From an uncultured Candidatus Saccharimonadales bacterium (GTDB lineage Bacteria > Patescibacteriota > Saccharimonadia > UBA4664), in NCBI GenBank assembly GCA_964467655.1, contig CAYXSN010000002.1, forward strand, positions 27,327-91,326: a stretch of 64,000 bases of DNA, read 5' to 3'. This document shows positions 20,102 to 29,016 of the stretch, piece by piece; within the stretch, counting starts at the first letter, position 1, and each line of letters opens with the position of its first letter. The translations under genes were made by a program, and so were the position numbers. Under the pieces are notes generated by a model. It worked only from the letters and a program-made list of their open reading frames with translations. It was not told the origin of the DNA and did no database searches.

Positions 20102-20632
20102 ATGCCTGAAACTACACCGGAACCTGTTAAGAAGAAAAGCTGGTTTGCCCGTCATAAAGTACTCACAGTTCTCGGAGCGCTCTTCATCATCGGAATTATT
20201 GGCAATATGGGCAATAAAGATGCCACTAAAACAGCCTCAAATGCGACTCCCGCACCCAGCGCTGCTGTAGCTGGAGCAGCTACTCAGTCGGCCCAAACCC
20301 CAACCGCAACCCCTACACCCAAAGTCCCCGCCGAATATGTATCCGCTCTGGCTCAAGCTGAGACTTACTCAGGCACGATGCACCTATCTAAGGCTGGCAT
20401 TTACGATCAACTCACCTCGGAATATGGCGGCAAGTTCACCGCTCCTGCAGCCCAATACGCAATCGACACCGTGAAGGCTGATTGGAAGGCAAACGCGCTG
20501 GCTCAGGCGAAGACTTACCAGAATACTATGCACTTATCGCCAGCCGCTGTTCGCGATCAACTGGTATCCGATGCCGGTGGTAAATTCTTGCCAGCCGAGG
20601 CGGACTACGCAGTCGCTCACCTTAACGATTAG
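20102..20632 (+). CDS. Ltp-family surface protein (superinfection-exclusion type)
   Basis: TM anchor, linker, two repeats ALAQAxTY..TMHLS..(I/V).DQL.S..GGKF....A.YA. Confidence 0.85.
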   Translation: MPETTPEPVKKKSWFARHKVLTVLGALFIIGIIGNMGNKDATKTASNATPAPSAAVAGAATQSAQTPTATPTPKVPAEYVSALAQAETYSGTMHLSKAGIYDQLTSEYGGKFTAPAAQYAIDTVKADWKANALAQAKTYQNTMHLSPAAVRDQLVSDAGGKFLPAEADYAVAHLND

Positions 20633-20643
20633 AGGAGGTCGCT

Positions 20644-20919
20644 ATGAATTGGATACTCTCACTCCTGATCGGAATAGGTGTCGGCTGGTTCGTTGCCTGG
20701 CAATACTACACTCGCAAAACCGCAGAGCTGCTCGGTGATGGGTTCAAGGAAATGACCGAGGATTTCTTCAGCGCTCATCAGGAATGGGCTGAGCAAGAGG
20801 CTGACACGGTTTTACTCCGCCAGAGTCGGCCTGACTTGTCATTTCGTCCACATGAGCTACACGCTCAGGCGTTCGTTAATGCAGCCGCCAAAGCTCGGCA
20901 TCGGCGCGAGAACGGCTAG
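20644..20919 (+). CDS. Small membrane-anchored hypothetical protein
   Basis: SD GAGGAGG; N-terminal TM segment. Confidence 0.7.
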   Translation: MNWILSLLIGIGVGWFVAWQYYTRKTAELLGDGFKEMTEDFFSAHQEWAEQEADTVLLRQSRPDLSFRPHELHAQAFVNAAAKARHRRENG

Positions 20920-20959
20920 AGTTACTGGACATTAGCTGTATACCGCTTAAGATAGGGGC

Positions 20960-21331
20960 ATGAAGAAACCCAACTCATGGCTTGCGCTCTGCCGCCGCCT
21001 CGGAACACCGCCAAATGGCTTCCAACTTGCCTGGAGCCGTCATGTCGTGTTTAACGATGACCTGATCTGGTTTGCGAATTGTCTCTGGGGGCTATTTGAT
21101 ATCAATTTGTCCGAGGGCAAGAACGAAATGGTGCTGCGCGATATGGTCGCCAGCCACGGCAAAGTTCGAACTGCTCAGTTTTTTGTTTGGTGGCGCGATA
21201 ATCTAGGTGATCGCACAAGTCTTGAGCAAATGCAGGGTTCCGGCTTTATCGAGCATTTCGACGGCCGAGACGCATTAACGCTTGATTCCGATGAAGAACT
21301 GGCCAACATTCTGGCCTCGCACGGAATGTAG
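20960..21331 (+). CDS. Hypothetical protein
   Basis: ORF preceded by TAAGAT -10-like box. Confidence 0.6.
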   Translation: MKKPNSWLALCRRLGTPPNGFQLAWSRHVVFNDDLIWFANCLWGLFDINLSEGKNEMVLRDMVASHGKVRTAQFFVWWRDNLGDRTSLEQMQGSGFIEHFDGRDALTLDSDEELANILASHGM

Positions 21332-21399
21332 GTTTATGGCTATTAGCCAACAGATATAAACGCGTTGATTTGAACCTAATTTGAGCGTAAGCTTGATAT

Positions 21400-21483
21400 A
21401 AGACTTCCGAAGACCTATAACATCTCGGAGTCAGATCATTACTACTAAATATCTGACATCGCAGCGGGTACGTACCGCTTTAT
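21400..21483 (+). ncRNA. Putative ~80-nt antisense sRNA
   Basis: Upstream TTGATT-17-TAAGCT; three hairpins ending in GCGGGTACGTACCGC-TTT; contains a 16-nt complement of 21570-21585. Confidence 0.5.
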
Positions 21484-21534
21484 AAATCGGCTTGGAGTAA
21501 CAGACACAAGTAAAAACTGGCAGGTGTCGCTGAC

Positions 21535-21563
21535 TTGAGAGAACTAATGTTCGAAGCTATAAT
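21535..21563 (+). promoter_or_regulatory. Sigma70-type promoter for the rep-like operon
   Basis: TTGAGA-17 bp-TATAAT. Confidence 0.75.
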
Positions 21564-21586
21564 GGAATAGTTATAGGTCTTCGGAC

Positions 21587-21614
21587 AAAAGTCGTCTCAA
21601 TGAGGCGGCTTTTT
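21587..21614 (+). terminator. Leader terminator/attenuator
   Basis: AAAAGTCGTCTCA-a-TGAGGCGGCTTTTT between the promoter and the ORF. Confidence 0.6.
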
Positions 21615-21645
21615 CGTTTAGCCGCCTCGGAAGGAAATCCGAGCA

Positions 21646-22560
21646 ATGTCCGACACGACCAACAGCCTGGCGAGTTTCACGCCAGTCACTATCACTGCCG
21701 AAACAATCGGCATTCTGCGCCAGCAAAAACACTTCGCCGACCTGTTGGCGCTCTATATGGCCTACGCAGAAGTCTCCGTATGGCAGAAGACTACCACCGT
21801 AAGATCTACAACTGGATTCATGGCGGATCGTATGGGCTGGGAGGAGAAGAAGCTCCGCAGCCGGAAGGCTGAGCTGCGTGAGTTAGGCCTGATTAAAGAC
21901 GTCACTCGCTATGACGATAAGCGTCGCGCGACTGGCTGGTACGTCCAAGTGAACTATGTCGTTAATCCCGAGAATATCCACCCCTCCGATTTTGGTGTGG
22001 GTGGAAATAGCCACAGGGTGGAATCTCCTACCCCAAGTGCTGTTAATACAAGTTTAAGTACTGTTGATTCAAAGCTAAGTACTGAACCTTCAGATAAATC
22101 TGAAGTATTACCTAAAGTAACCTCGCCAATCGCTGCGCGATCTGTCGAGGACACTCATTGGAATGATGGTGACGATATCTTTGAGCTTCGCCCTAATGAC
22201 GTCGCATATGCGCAGCGCACTCTTGAACGGATTTTCGGATTCGGGATCATCGAGGCGGATTCGGATATCGCTTTGCTCCGCACCTTAGTGGCCAGACATG
22301 GGCGCAAGGCAGTATTGGCAGGGTTCCGTGCCGTCAGGAAAGATGGAGCCGAATTTGACCTGTCCGCGTTCGTAGGCGAATGCGATAGAGATTGTGGGCA
22401 AGGCGGTAATGGTGAGGGGTGTTTCTTCACTGACACGCAGGGGAGCAGCAATGGTGACGAAGCATGGGCGATGGAAGCGGCTGCGGAGATATTGGCCGAG
22501 CTTGATGCCAATAAGGGGGCGCGGCACGTAAGTGCAGGCGTACAGGCTAATGTGTATTGA
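21646..22560 (+). CDS. Phage replication-initiator-like protein (N-terminal wHTH)
   Basis: LALYM...FMADRMGWEEKKLRSRKAELRELGLIK wHTH-like pattern followed by a low-complexity linker. Confidence 0.6.
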   Translation: MSDTTNSLASFTPVTITAETIGILRQQKHFADLLALYMAYAEVSVWQKTTTVRSTTGFMADRMGWEEKKLRSRKAELRELGLIKDVTRYDDKRRATGWYVQVNYVVNPENIHPSDFGVGGNSHRVESPTPSAVNTSLSTVDSKLSTEPSDKSEVLPKVTSPIAARSVEDTHWNDGDDIFELRPNDVAYAQRTLERIFGFGIIEADSDIALLRTLVARHGRKAVLAGFRAVRKDGAEFDLSAFVGECDRDCGQGGNGEGCFFTDTQGSSNGDEAWAMEAAAEILAELDANKGARHVSAGVQANVY

Positions 22561-22639
22561 GGCGACGTTCCATCCGAGTAATCTTCTAATTTTATATCTG
22601 GTGCTACAATCCGCTTAAGATTGTTTGTGAGGTTAAACA

Positions 22640-23119
22640 ATGGCGAGTCGAAACTCGACTAATACACGTGATCTAGCGTCATTCTCCGTACTTAATGGCC
22701 CGGATAGATTAGCGGTAATGCTAAAAGCCGAAGGCAAAAGCGCCGAGCAAATCGCTACGGGCATATATTCCGAATTTGGCACCACACGTTCGAAACGGAC
22801 AGTTCAAGAATGGTTTATACCTGGCGGGCGGCTCGAACAGGCCTATCTCGAGTGGTCAGAAGTTTTGGCCAGCGAGAGTGTGCGTGATGCTCAAATTCTG
22901 GCGCGCCGTGCTGCTCGGGGTGCGGTCGGTAAGCTGATCTCATTGTCCGAGCGAGCTGATGACGCAATAGCTTTACGCGCTGCTACGGCTCTCGCAGCTA
23001 AGTACCTCGCCCCCGGCAAGTCAGGTGGCGGCTTCGAGGAAGAAGAATTGCCTCCGCAGCTTGAAGACGATGTGCTGATTTCGATTGATTTTGAGCTTGG
23101 AAAGATGCGGGGTGAGTAG
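22640..23119 (+). CDS. HTH protein, small-terminase-like
   Basis: GKSAEQIA...SKRTVQEW HTH; AVGKLISLS..DDAIALRAATAL helical motif. Confidence 0.5.
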   Translation: MASRNSTNTRDLASFSVLNGPDRLAVMLKAEGKSAEQIATGIYSEFGTTRSKRTVQEWFIPGGRLEQAYLEWSEVLASESVRDAQILARRAARGAVGKLISLSERADDAIALRAATALAAKYLAPGKSGGGFEEEELPPQLEDDVLISIDFELGKMRGE

Positions 23120-23263
23120 TGACCACAGAGGAACAGCTGCGACGATGCTTACCGATGCACGAGATTCTCTGCCCAATTTTTCGCGGCAAGGAGTGTGATT
23201 GTGGCCGGGAGCAATTACGGGCGAACATTTTGAAGCTGATTAAGGACGTGAGAAAAGAAGAAC

Positions 23264-23536
23264 GTGGACGATATTATTCATGACGAAGATGAAAAGGGTT
23301 TAGATTTAGGCCCAGAGTTCGAGGTTGAGGTTAGTGACGAACCGAAAACCAAAGATCTGACCTGGAGCGAAATGGGTACGGCGATGTTCAACCCAAATAC
23401 CCGCCAGAAGAAGGCTCCGCCCGAAGATTTCAGCATGCCAAAGCCGGGGGTATTCGGCTCCCCATTCAGGCCAAGCATCGGGCCAAATGGTGAGCTGATC
23501 CCAGCTATCGTCCCCTTAGAAGGGAAGAAGCGATGA
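23264..23536 (+). CDS. Hypothetical protein
   Basis: ATGA overlap with the next ORF. Confidence 0.55.
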   Translation: MDDIIHDEDEKGLDLGPEFEVEVSDEPKTKDLTWSEMGTAMFNPNTRQKKAPPEDFSMPKPGVFGSPFRPSIGPNGELIPAIVPLEGKKR

Positions 23537-23904
23537 AGGCCATTCCGCAGTTCACGCCGCGCAAAGCTGACGACTATACACCTCTCTGGGGCGAGTGCCG
23601 TATTGTAGGTTTTTGCTTGCCGGATTGCGGATTATGCGCCTCAATAGCGGAGAGCTATTCGTTAAGCCAGAAAGCGGTTCAACAGACGGAGCCTCGGAAG
23701 TTTTCGCAGTTGCGTCCTGATCAGCAATTAACCATTCGTATGTTTCATGACGGCTGCGCATACGATGAGATATCTGCAGCGCTTGCCGAAATCGGGGTCG
23801 CCAGATCCCGGCGCGGAATCCAACTTATGATGAGCAATCCATTCGTCAAACATGCATTAGCCGAGTACAAAGCCACAAATGAGACCCCCGGAGTTACTAA
23901 ATAG
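23533..23904 (+). CDS. Hypothetical protein with Cys cluster and HTH-like C-terminus
   Basis: C..C..DCGLC; AYDEISAALAEIGVARSRRGIQ. Confidence 0.55.
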   Translation: MKAIPQFTPRKADDYTPLWGECRIVGFCLPDCGLCASIAESYSLSQKAVQQTEPRKFSQLRPDQQLTIRMFHDGCAYDEISAALAEIGVARSRRGIQLMMSNPFVKHALAEYKATNETPGVTK

Positions 23905-24096
23905 TTACTCTGTAACAATATACTTGATACGTCAAGCATTACCAGATATAGTGGACTCAGATTAAGGGGGAGACTCTCATGACACAGCCAGGACTAGAAC
24001 TTCTGATTCGGAAGCTATCGAATGATGTTGAGCAATTGCAGCTCGGATTAAAAATGCTTAACGAGCATCTAGCTGAGTTGATGGTGGAGGCGGATC

Positions 24097-24738
24097 GTGG
24101 TTAGCCCTACCGTTTTCGAACCAAGCGATGACTTTCAGGCAAAGCGTCAAAACGACCGCGACCGCGCCCAAGACGACCGCCTACGCGAAGAGTCAGGCAA
24201 AGTCCAGTTGCCGCGTTATAACGGGCTGCCATTCGATGCCACCGAGCTACCGACCGAAGTTAATGGCATGCGTGTCGAGGTTACCGACAAACCTGAGCTG
24301 ACTGTGAAGGCGTTTTATCGTTCGCAACTTCGTGATCCTGAATTTTACCGAGCCAATAAGCCAGCGATTCTGGAGGCTCAGCGCCACAATCTGATCATCG
24401 ATGATGTCACTGACCCAAAGGTGGCAGAAGCGCTCAAAGCTCAGCGTAAAGAAGCCGAGAACGCGCTCAGCGCCAGCAACGAAGCCATCATGCTGCCAAT
24501 CGCCTTGCGCGACGCTCGGGCCGAAGCCGACAAGCTGTATGTAGCGTACAAGGCAGCCGAAGCCGAGAACCAACGTTATCTGTCCACGCATGGAATCATG
24601 GGTGACGATGAGGTGCGCCGGGCAACTGCTCGCGTCGTCTTCAAAGCCAAAGAAGATTGGGAGGCTGCATCGGCTCGCATCCAGGAGCTGGTTCAGAAGA
24701 ACAACGAAATGTGTCAGCGTCGGGCGCAAGGTAAATAG
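24097..24738 (+). CDS. Hypothetical protein, possibly capsid-scaffold-like
   Basis: FYRSQLRDPEFYRANKPAILEAQRHNLIIDD plus coiled coil; SD GGAGG. Confidence 0.55.
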   Translation: MVSPTVFEPSDDFQAKRQNDRDRAQDDRLREESGKVQLPRYNGLPFDATELPTEVNGMRVEVTDKPELTVKAFYRSQLRDPEFYRANKPAILEAQRHNLIIDDVTDPKVAEALKAQRKEAENALSASNEAIMLPIALRDARAEADKLYVAYKAAEAENQRYLSTHGIMGDDEVRRATARVVFKAKEDWEAASARIQELVQKNNEMCQRRAQGK

Positions 24739-24747
24739 GAGTCCATC

Positions 24748-24945
24748 ATGCCCGCTACGAATAATCAAACAATAATCTTGCAAATTAACCTTGACGCTGC
24801 AAATAGCGGGAAGGCTCTGCTAAGCCGAGACACTGAAGGCTTTACTCGTATAGTTGAACTCATCAAGGAAGGTTACGAGATTGATTACATTATCAGCGAT
24901 GGCTTCAGCTCAATAGCCGTATCTGTAATTCGCGAGTCGAACTAG
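24748..24945 (+). CDS. Small hypothetical protein
   Basis: SD AGGAG; 65 aa. Confidence 0.55.
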   Translation: MPATNNQTIILQINLDAANSGKALLSRDTEGFTRIVELIKEGYEIDYIISDGFSSIAVSVIRESN

Positions 24946-25099
24946 CCGCTCCCCGGCGGCTTCGGACGGCTGTAACCCCCTTATGGCTGTCCGAAGCTGC
25001 TTAGGCAGCAACCCCCTCCTTACACGCATGGGTTTACGGTCCCCATGCGTTCTATCCCGGCCGGAAGCGGTCGGGGCGCAATTATTAGAGAAATATCAA

Positions 25100-25900
25100 A
25101 TGCCAGCAAACAACCCACCAGCAGATTTTCCAACTTCGCTACATGAGCGCACAAATGTTGTCGCCTTTAACGGTACGCCACTAGGCGATTCAACCCCAAC
25201 ACAGACCGATATCATGGGTAAAGTTGAAGAAGAGATTTACCAAATCCAGCGCAAGATTGGGATCGGTGAATCGTCTGCGGAATCTGCTCTTGCTGGCGAA
25301 ATTTGGACTGCTGATGGTCTTGGCGGCTCTAGCTGGCAAGCTCCTGGCGCTCCCGGCGACATTGATGCCGGTATCTTGGAAGCTCTAACCGAGAAAGTCG
25401 GTGGCGGCACACCAACAACGCCTAACGCTGGCGAGTTCCTGGTTGGCACCGACACCGGCGAGTCGGCCTGGCGCGCAGCAACATCGGCCGATGTCGGCCT
25501 TGATCAGGTGGACAATACCGCCGACGCCGATAAGCCCATTAGTGACGCCACGCAAACCGCCCTCGACGGCAAAGAGGATGTCGCAACCCCCGTAACCCTG
25601 ACCGATGCCGCCACAATCGCCGTAAACGCCGCACTCGGCCGTGAATTCCGAGTGACGCTCACAGCCTCCCGCACGATGGGCAATCCATCCAATCTTGTTG
25701 ACGGCCAGCGCCTCTTATTCCGCATTGAGCAAGGCGGTTCAGGCTCATACACGGTCACATGGTCGAGCAAATACCGCTTCAGCACCGATGTCCCATCGCC
25801 GACACTTTCAACGACGGTCGGGGCCGCTGACTTTGTATTCTTCAACTACAACGCCGGTGACGACAAGCTCGACTGCTTGGGCTGGGCGCGGGGCTACTAA
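25100..25900 (+). CDS. Phage tail-fibre/virion appendage-like protein
   Basis: DVGLDQVDNTADADKPISDATQTALDGK repeat typical of fibre proteins; C-terminal TLTDAATIAVN..IEQGGSGSYTVTW domain. Confidence 0.7.
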   Translation: MPANNPPADFPTSLHERTNVVAFNGTPLGDSTPTQTDIMGKVEEEIYQIQRKIGIGESSAESALAGEIWTADGLGGSSWQAPGAPGDIDAGILEALTEKVGGGTPTTPNAGEFLVGTDTGESAWRAATSADVGLDQVDNTADADKPISDATQTALDGKEDVATPVTLTDAATIAVNAALGREFRVTLTASRTMGNPSNLVDGQRLLFRIEQGGSGSYTVTWSSKYRFSTDVPSPTLSTTVGAADFVFFNYNAGDDKLDCLGWARGY

Positions 25901-26583
25901 TGCCAACCGATACCTTCACAGCTTCCGGCTCATGGGTTTGCCCGGCTAGCGTCGTAAGCGTTGATGTTGAGTGCTGGGGCGCAGGAGGTGGCGGCGGCGG
26001 AGCTTTATACGATGGCATTAACGGCCACGGCGGTGGTGGAGGTGGCGGTGGCGCTTATAGCAAGAAAACCCAAATCGCCGTCACTCCCGGCAGTTCGTAT
26101 ACCGTAACAGTCGGCACCGGCGGTTCTGCTGGCGCCAGTGGCGGTGGCTCTGGAACCGCTGGCGGTGATTCGTCATTTATAAACTCATCGACCGTCATGG
26201 CTAAAGGCGGATCGCCGGGTGGCACCAGCGGCAAAGGTACGGGCGGCGCTGCCGCTTCAGGTGTTGGAAGCATCAAGTTCTCTGGTGGTGATGGTGGTAA
26301 CGGCCAGCCAAACGCAGCGGGCATTGGCGGCGGGGGAGGCGGCGGAGCCGGAACAACGGCCGCAGGCGGCAATGGCTCCAGCGCAACGGCCGGAACCGGA
26401 GGCAGCGTCGGCGGCGGGAATGGTGGTACTGGCGGCTCATCAACGGGTTCGGCGGGCAATACAATCGGCGGTGGCGCGTCAGGTGGTGGAGCTAGTGGCG
26501 GCAACTCTGCCGGTGGTGTCGGCGCTCGTGGTGAGGTTCGGATATCGTACATTCGCGTGTCGTCACTCGTCGGCCTGTTTTAG
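25900..26583 (+). CDS. Glycine-rich phage virion-associated protein
   Basis: FTASGSWVCP..VECWGAGGGGG..YTVTVGTGG..GEVRISY; TAATG coupling to the previous gene. Confidence 0.75.
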   Translation: MPTDTFTASGSWVCPASVVSVDVECWGAGGGGGGALYDGINGHGGGGGGGGAYSKKTQIAVTPGSSYTVTVGTGGSAGASGGGSGTAGGDSSFINSSTVMAKGGSPGGTSGKGTGGAAASGVGSIKFSGGDGGNGQPNAAGIGGGGGGGAGTTAAGGNGSSATAGTGGSVGGGNGGTGGSSTGSAGNTIGGGASGGGASGGNSAGGVGARGEVRISYIRVSSLVGLF

Positions 26584-26831
26584 TCGCAAAATCATCTTGC
26601 TTAACGCCCAAAACCTTACGGAACTGGGCGTTTTTGCGTTTGGCTGAAAATAAAGGCTTGGCAGCGCTAACGTCGCAAGCCATATAATGTGCGACTGATT
26701 GCGTCGAATACTGCACTTTTTCGCTTCACGAGGTCATAAAGTTGCAATGAGAGTTACTTTTATGTTATAAACTTATTTCACGCAATCCCGCGTGAGAAGT
26801 ACCTCACATCTCGACCAGGACGGATCTATTC

Positions 26832-27479
26832 ATGCCGCGCGACCACGAGCTTGACCGGCTCCGCACCGAAATGAACGGTGCATGGGATGCCATGAAGTAC
26901 GCCGAGCAGCAGATGAACGATGCATGGGAGGAGCTTCAGCGGCTTCAAGACCGCTACGGCCCCCAGATCGACAGTCTCAAGGCAGAACACCAGCGGTTGT
27001 ACGACCGCACCCAAGACCTGTCACGAGACATCGACAGCGCGTTCAACTACGGCAACCGCGACGAAGGCTTCCGCCTCATCGAAGAGGTCAAGGAAGTCCG
27101 TGCGGAGATGGCCGACCTGCCTCCTCAGTGGCGGAGCATGATCGACGAGATCAACCCCGCCAGAGAGCGCTGGTCGTACGCCCGCGACATCTACAAGGAC
27201 AAGAAGCACGAGCATCGCCTCGCAAAGGAGCGATTCGACGACCGTAAGGCCGAACTCGAAGGCGCTCGGCGCGATTCCGCCATCCGTGCCGGTGTTCCGG
27301 CGCACTACGGCGACGAGGTGAAGGTCGTGAACGAGCCTGGCGGCAACACCAGCGTCTACTTCGGAGGCGTTGGCAAGCCGGACGGCCCCGGCCATGCCCA
27401 CTACGTTGTCGACCAGTTCGGCAATCTGACCTGGCGGCGTGAGCCGTTCGAGGATCGCGGGCCGCACAACGCTCGCTGA
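26832..27479 (+). CDS. Coiled-coil hypothetical protein (cargo)
   Basis: Strong G/C codon bias; C-terminal YFGGVGKPDGPGHAHY. Confidence 0.75.
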   Translation: MPRDHELDRLRTEMNGAWDAMKYAEQQMNDAWEELQRLQDRYGPQIDSLKAEHQRLYDRTQDLSRDIDSAFNYGNRDEGFRLIEEVKEVRAEMADLPPQWRSMIDEINPARERWSYARDIYKDKKHEHRLAKERFDDRKAELEGARRDSAIRAGVPAHYGDEVKVVNEPGGNTSVYFGGVGKPDGPGHAHYVVDQFGNLTWRREPFEDRGPHNAR

Positions 27480-27554
27480 GTTCAACCTGTTCATGTTGCG
27501 GGGGCTGGCATTCGCTGGCCCTCGCAACGACACGGATTTATTATTAGAAGTATT

Positions 27555-27911
27555 ATGGCAACCAACCGACATCAGGCGAATCTACCTATCCGACCAGAGC
27601 TTCAGGGCATTTTAGACGCGCCTAAAGCAGACAAGCCGCGCTTGTTCTTTGAATACTGCCGTAAAGTGATCAAAGACAAAAATAGGGGCGAAATCACGCT
27701 TGAAGATGCTGGCTATCAAATTGCTGGTGCTATGTTCATTCATGAACTCGATGAGCCATTGTTCGAGGAAATTACCCTGCTTGCTGGTAGACTAGAGCTG
27801 CCGAGTCATGTACTGGGTACCGATCCCACTACCGAGTGGAAGCAACTTGTCGCCCTAGTTGAAGAGTACGGGGCAATGGTCAGATCAAACAAACCTGACA
27901 GCTCAAGCTGA
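27555..27911 (+). CDS. Hypothetical protein
   Basis: Helical 118-aa ORF. Confidence 0.6.
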   Translation: MATNRHQANLPIRPELQGILDAPKADKPRLFFEYCRKVIKDKNRGEITLEDAGYQIAGAMFIHELDEPLFEEITLLAGRLELPSHVLGTDPTTEWKQLVALVEEYGAMVRSNKPDSSS

Positions 27912-27951
27912 CCGAAGCACCAGCCATCGTCGAGTCTCTCGGAGGTATAAA

Positions 27952-28329
27952 ATGCCGAGCAACACGCCCTTGTCTACCGAGACGATGACCGCCGGTCATC
28001 GTCTCTACCAAGTGCTGTATGGCCCAGTCAGCGAAGGGGTGAGGCTGACCATCGCTCAAGTTCAAGCGGAGATCGACCTGCTGACATCTCAGGAAATTCC
28101 GAGGCGTGACCTCATCCGTGCGGCAATGGCACAGGCCGACTATCGCTTCCGTGAGGCCTATGACGACGAGAGGTCGCAAACGGCCGAGGACGCCATTGCG
28201 GAGCCTGCGGGCCGGATGAATGCCAACGCCGATGTGGTGAGCCTACTTCAGGACACCCAAATCGAATACTGGAATGTCCAGGCCGCACAATGGGATGCCG
28301 AAGACGCACTTCGCGCGGCTTCCCTGTAG
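27952..28329 (+). CDS. Hypothetical protein
   Basis: SD GGAGGT. Confidence 0.6.
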   Translation: MPSNTPLSTETMTAGHRLYQVLYGPVSEGVRLTIAQVQAEIDLLTSQEIPRRDLIRAAMAQADYRFREAYDDERSQTAEDAIAEPAGRMNANADVVSLLQDTQIEYWNVQAAQWDAEDALRAASL

Positions 28330-28533
28330 TACCCGCCCCCGGTTGGCCACGTGCTTGACCGGGGGCAAGCCATATCTGGTTTTAATTACACCTGTGCGGA
28401 AATTATCCGTAATAGCCACGCTGCGCCAGCCGCTGAAGAAGTTTTGGAAATAACTCCACCACGGTGCCGCATCCCGCACATTGATAGCACCGGCGGCCTG
28501 TCACTACACGAGCTAGCTGGCCGGACGCATCGA

Positions 28534-29004
28534 TTAATCAATCGTAATCCCATGAGTGATAGTGAGCGTGTCGTTGCTAGTCTTGGTTCGAGAGATATTG
28601 AGCCTAGCGTACAACGTACCCGAGTCCACAACAGCATCTGCGCTATCGCCAAACAATCCGATTTCTCGCAGGACACCATTGGCTTCAGTCTGGTTGAAGA
28701 AGGTTTTGAATGAGGCCGTCTTGCCGGAGGAGCTACGAATAGAGACCTGTTTGCGGGCAATCTCGGTTTGAAGCTTTACGTCGCCCGCCGTTGGACTGGC
28801 TGAGCCAGTGCCGACCGCAGCAAAGGTAATAACGCCCCGACCGTTTTGTAGATTGCCGCGCAAGGCATCCGCAATAGCGGCCCTTCCGGAGTCCACGACC
28901 AAATTGCTGATCACATCGCGGCTTTTGAGTTTGCCGGTCAGCGCATCGTGAATTTCGACAATTACTTTGCCATAAACATTTACATGTTCGTTTGCGTGAG
29001 TCAT
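28534..29004 (-). CDS. Phage tail-collar/fibre-base-like protein
   Basis: NLVVDSGR, AVGTGS.SPTAGDVKLQTEIAR, EANGVLREIGLF, KTSNDTLTI. Confidence 0.75.
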   Translation of the reverse strand: MTHANEHVNVYGKVIVEIHDALTGKLKSRDVISNLVVDSGRAAIADALRGNLQNGRGVITFAAVGTGSASPTAGDVKLQTEIARKQVSIRSSSGKTASFKTFFNQTEANGVLREIGLFGDSADAVVDSGTLYARLNISRTKTSNDTLTITHGITID

Positions 29005-29016
29005 TAGCGTATCCCC

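Noticed and set aside
26055-26552. Pro-rich minus-strand ORF
   Set aside because: Shadow of the Gly-rich gene
28351-28713. 120-aa plus-strand ORF
   Set aside because: Overlaps the tail-collar gene on the opposite strand; no support
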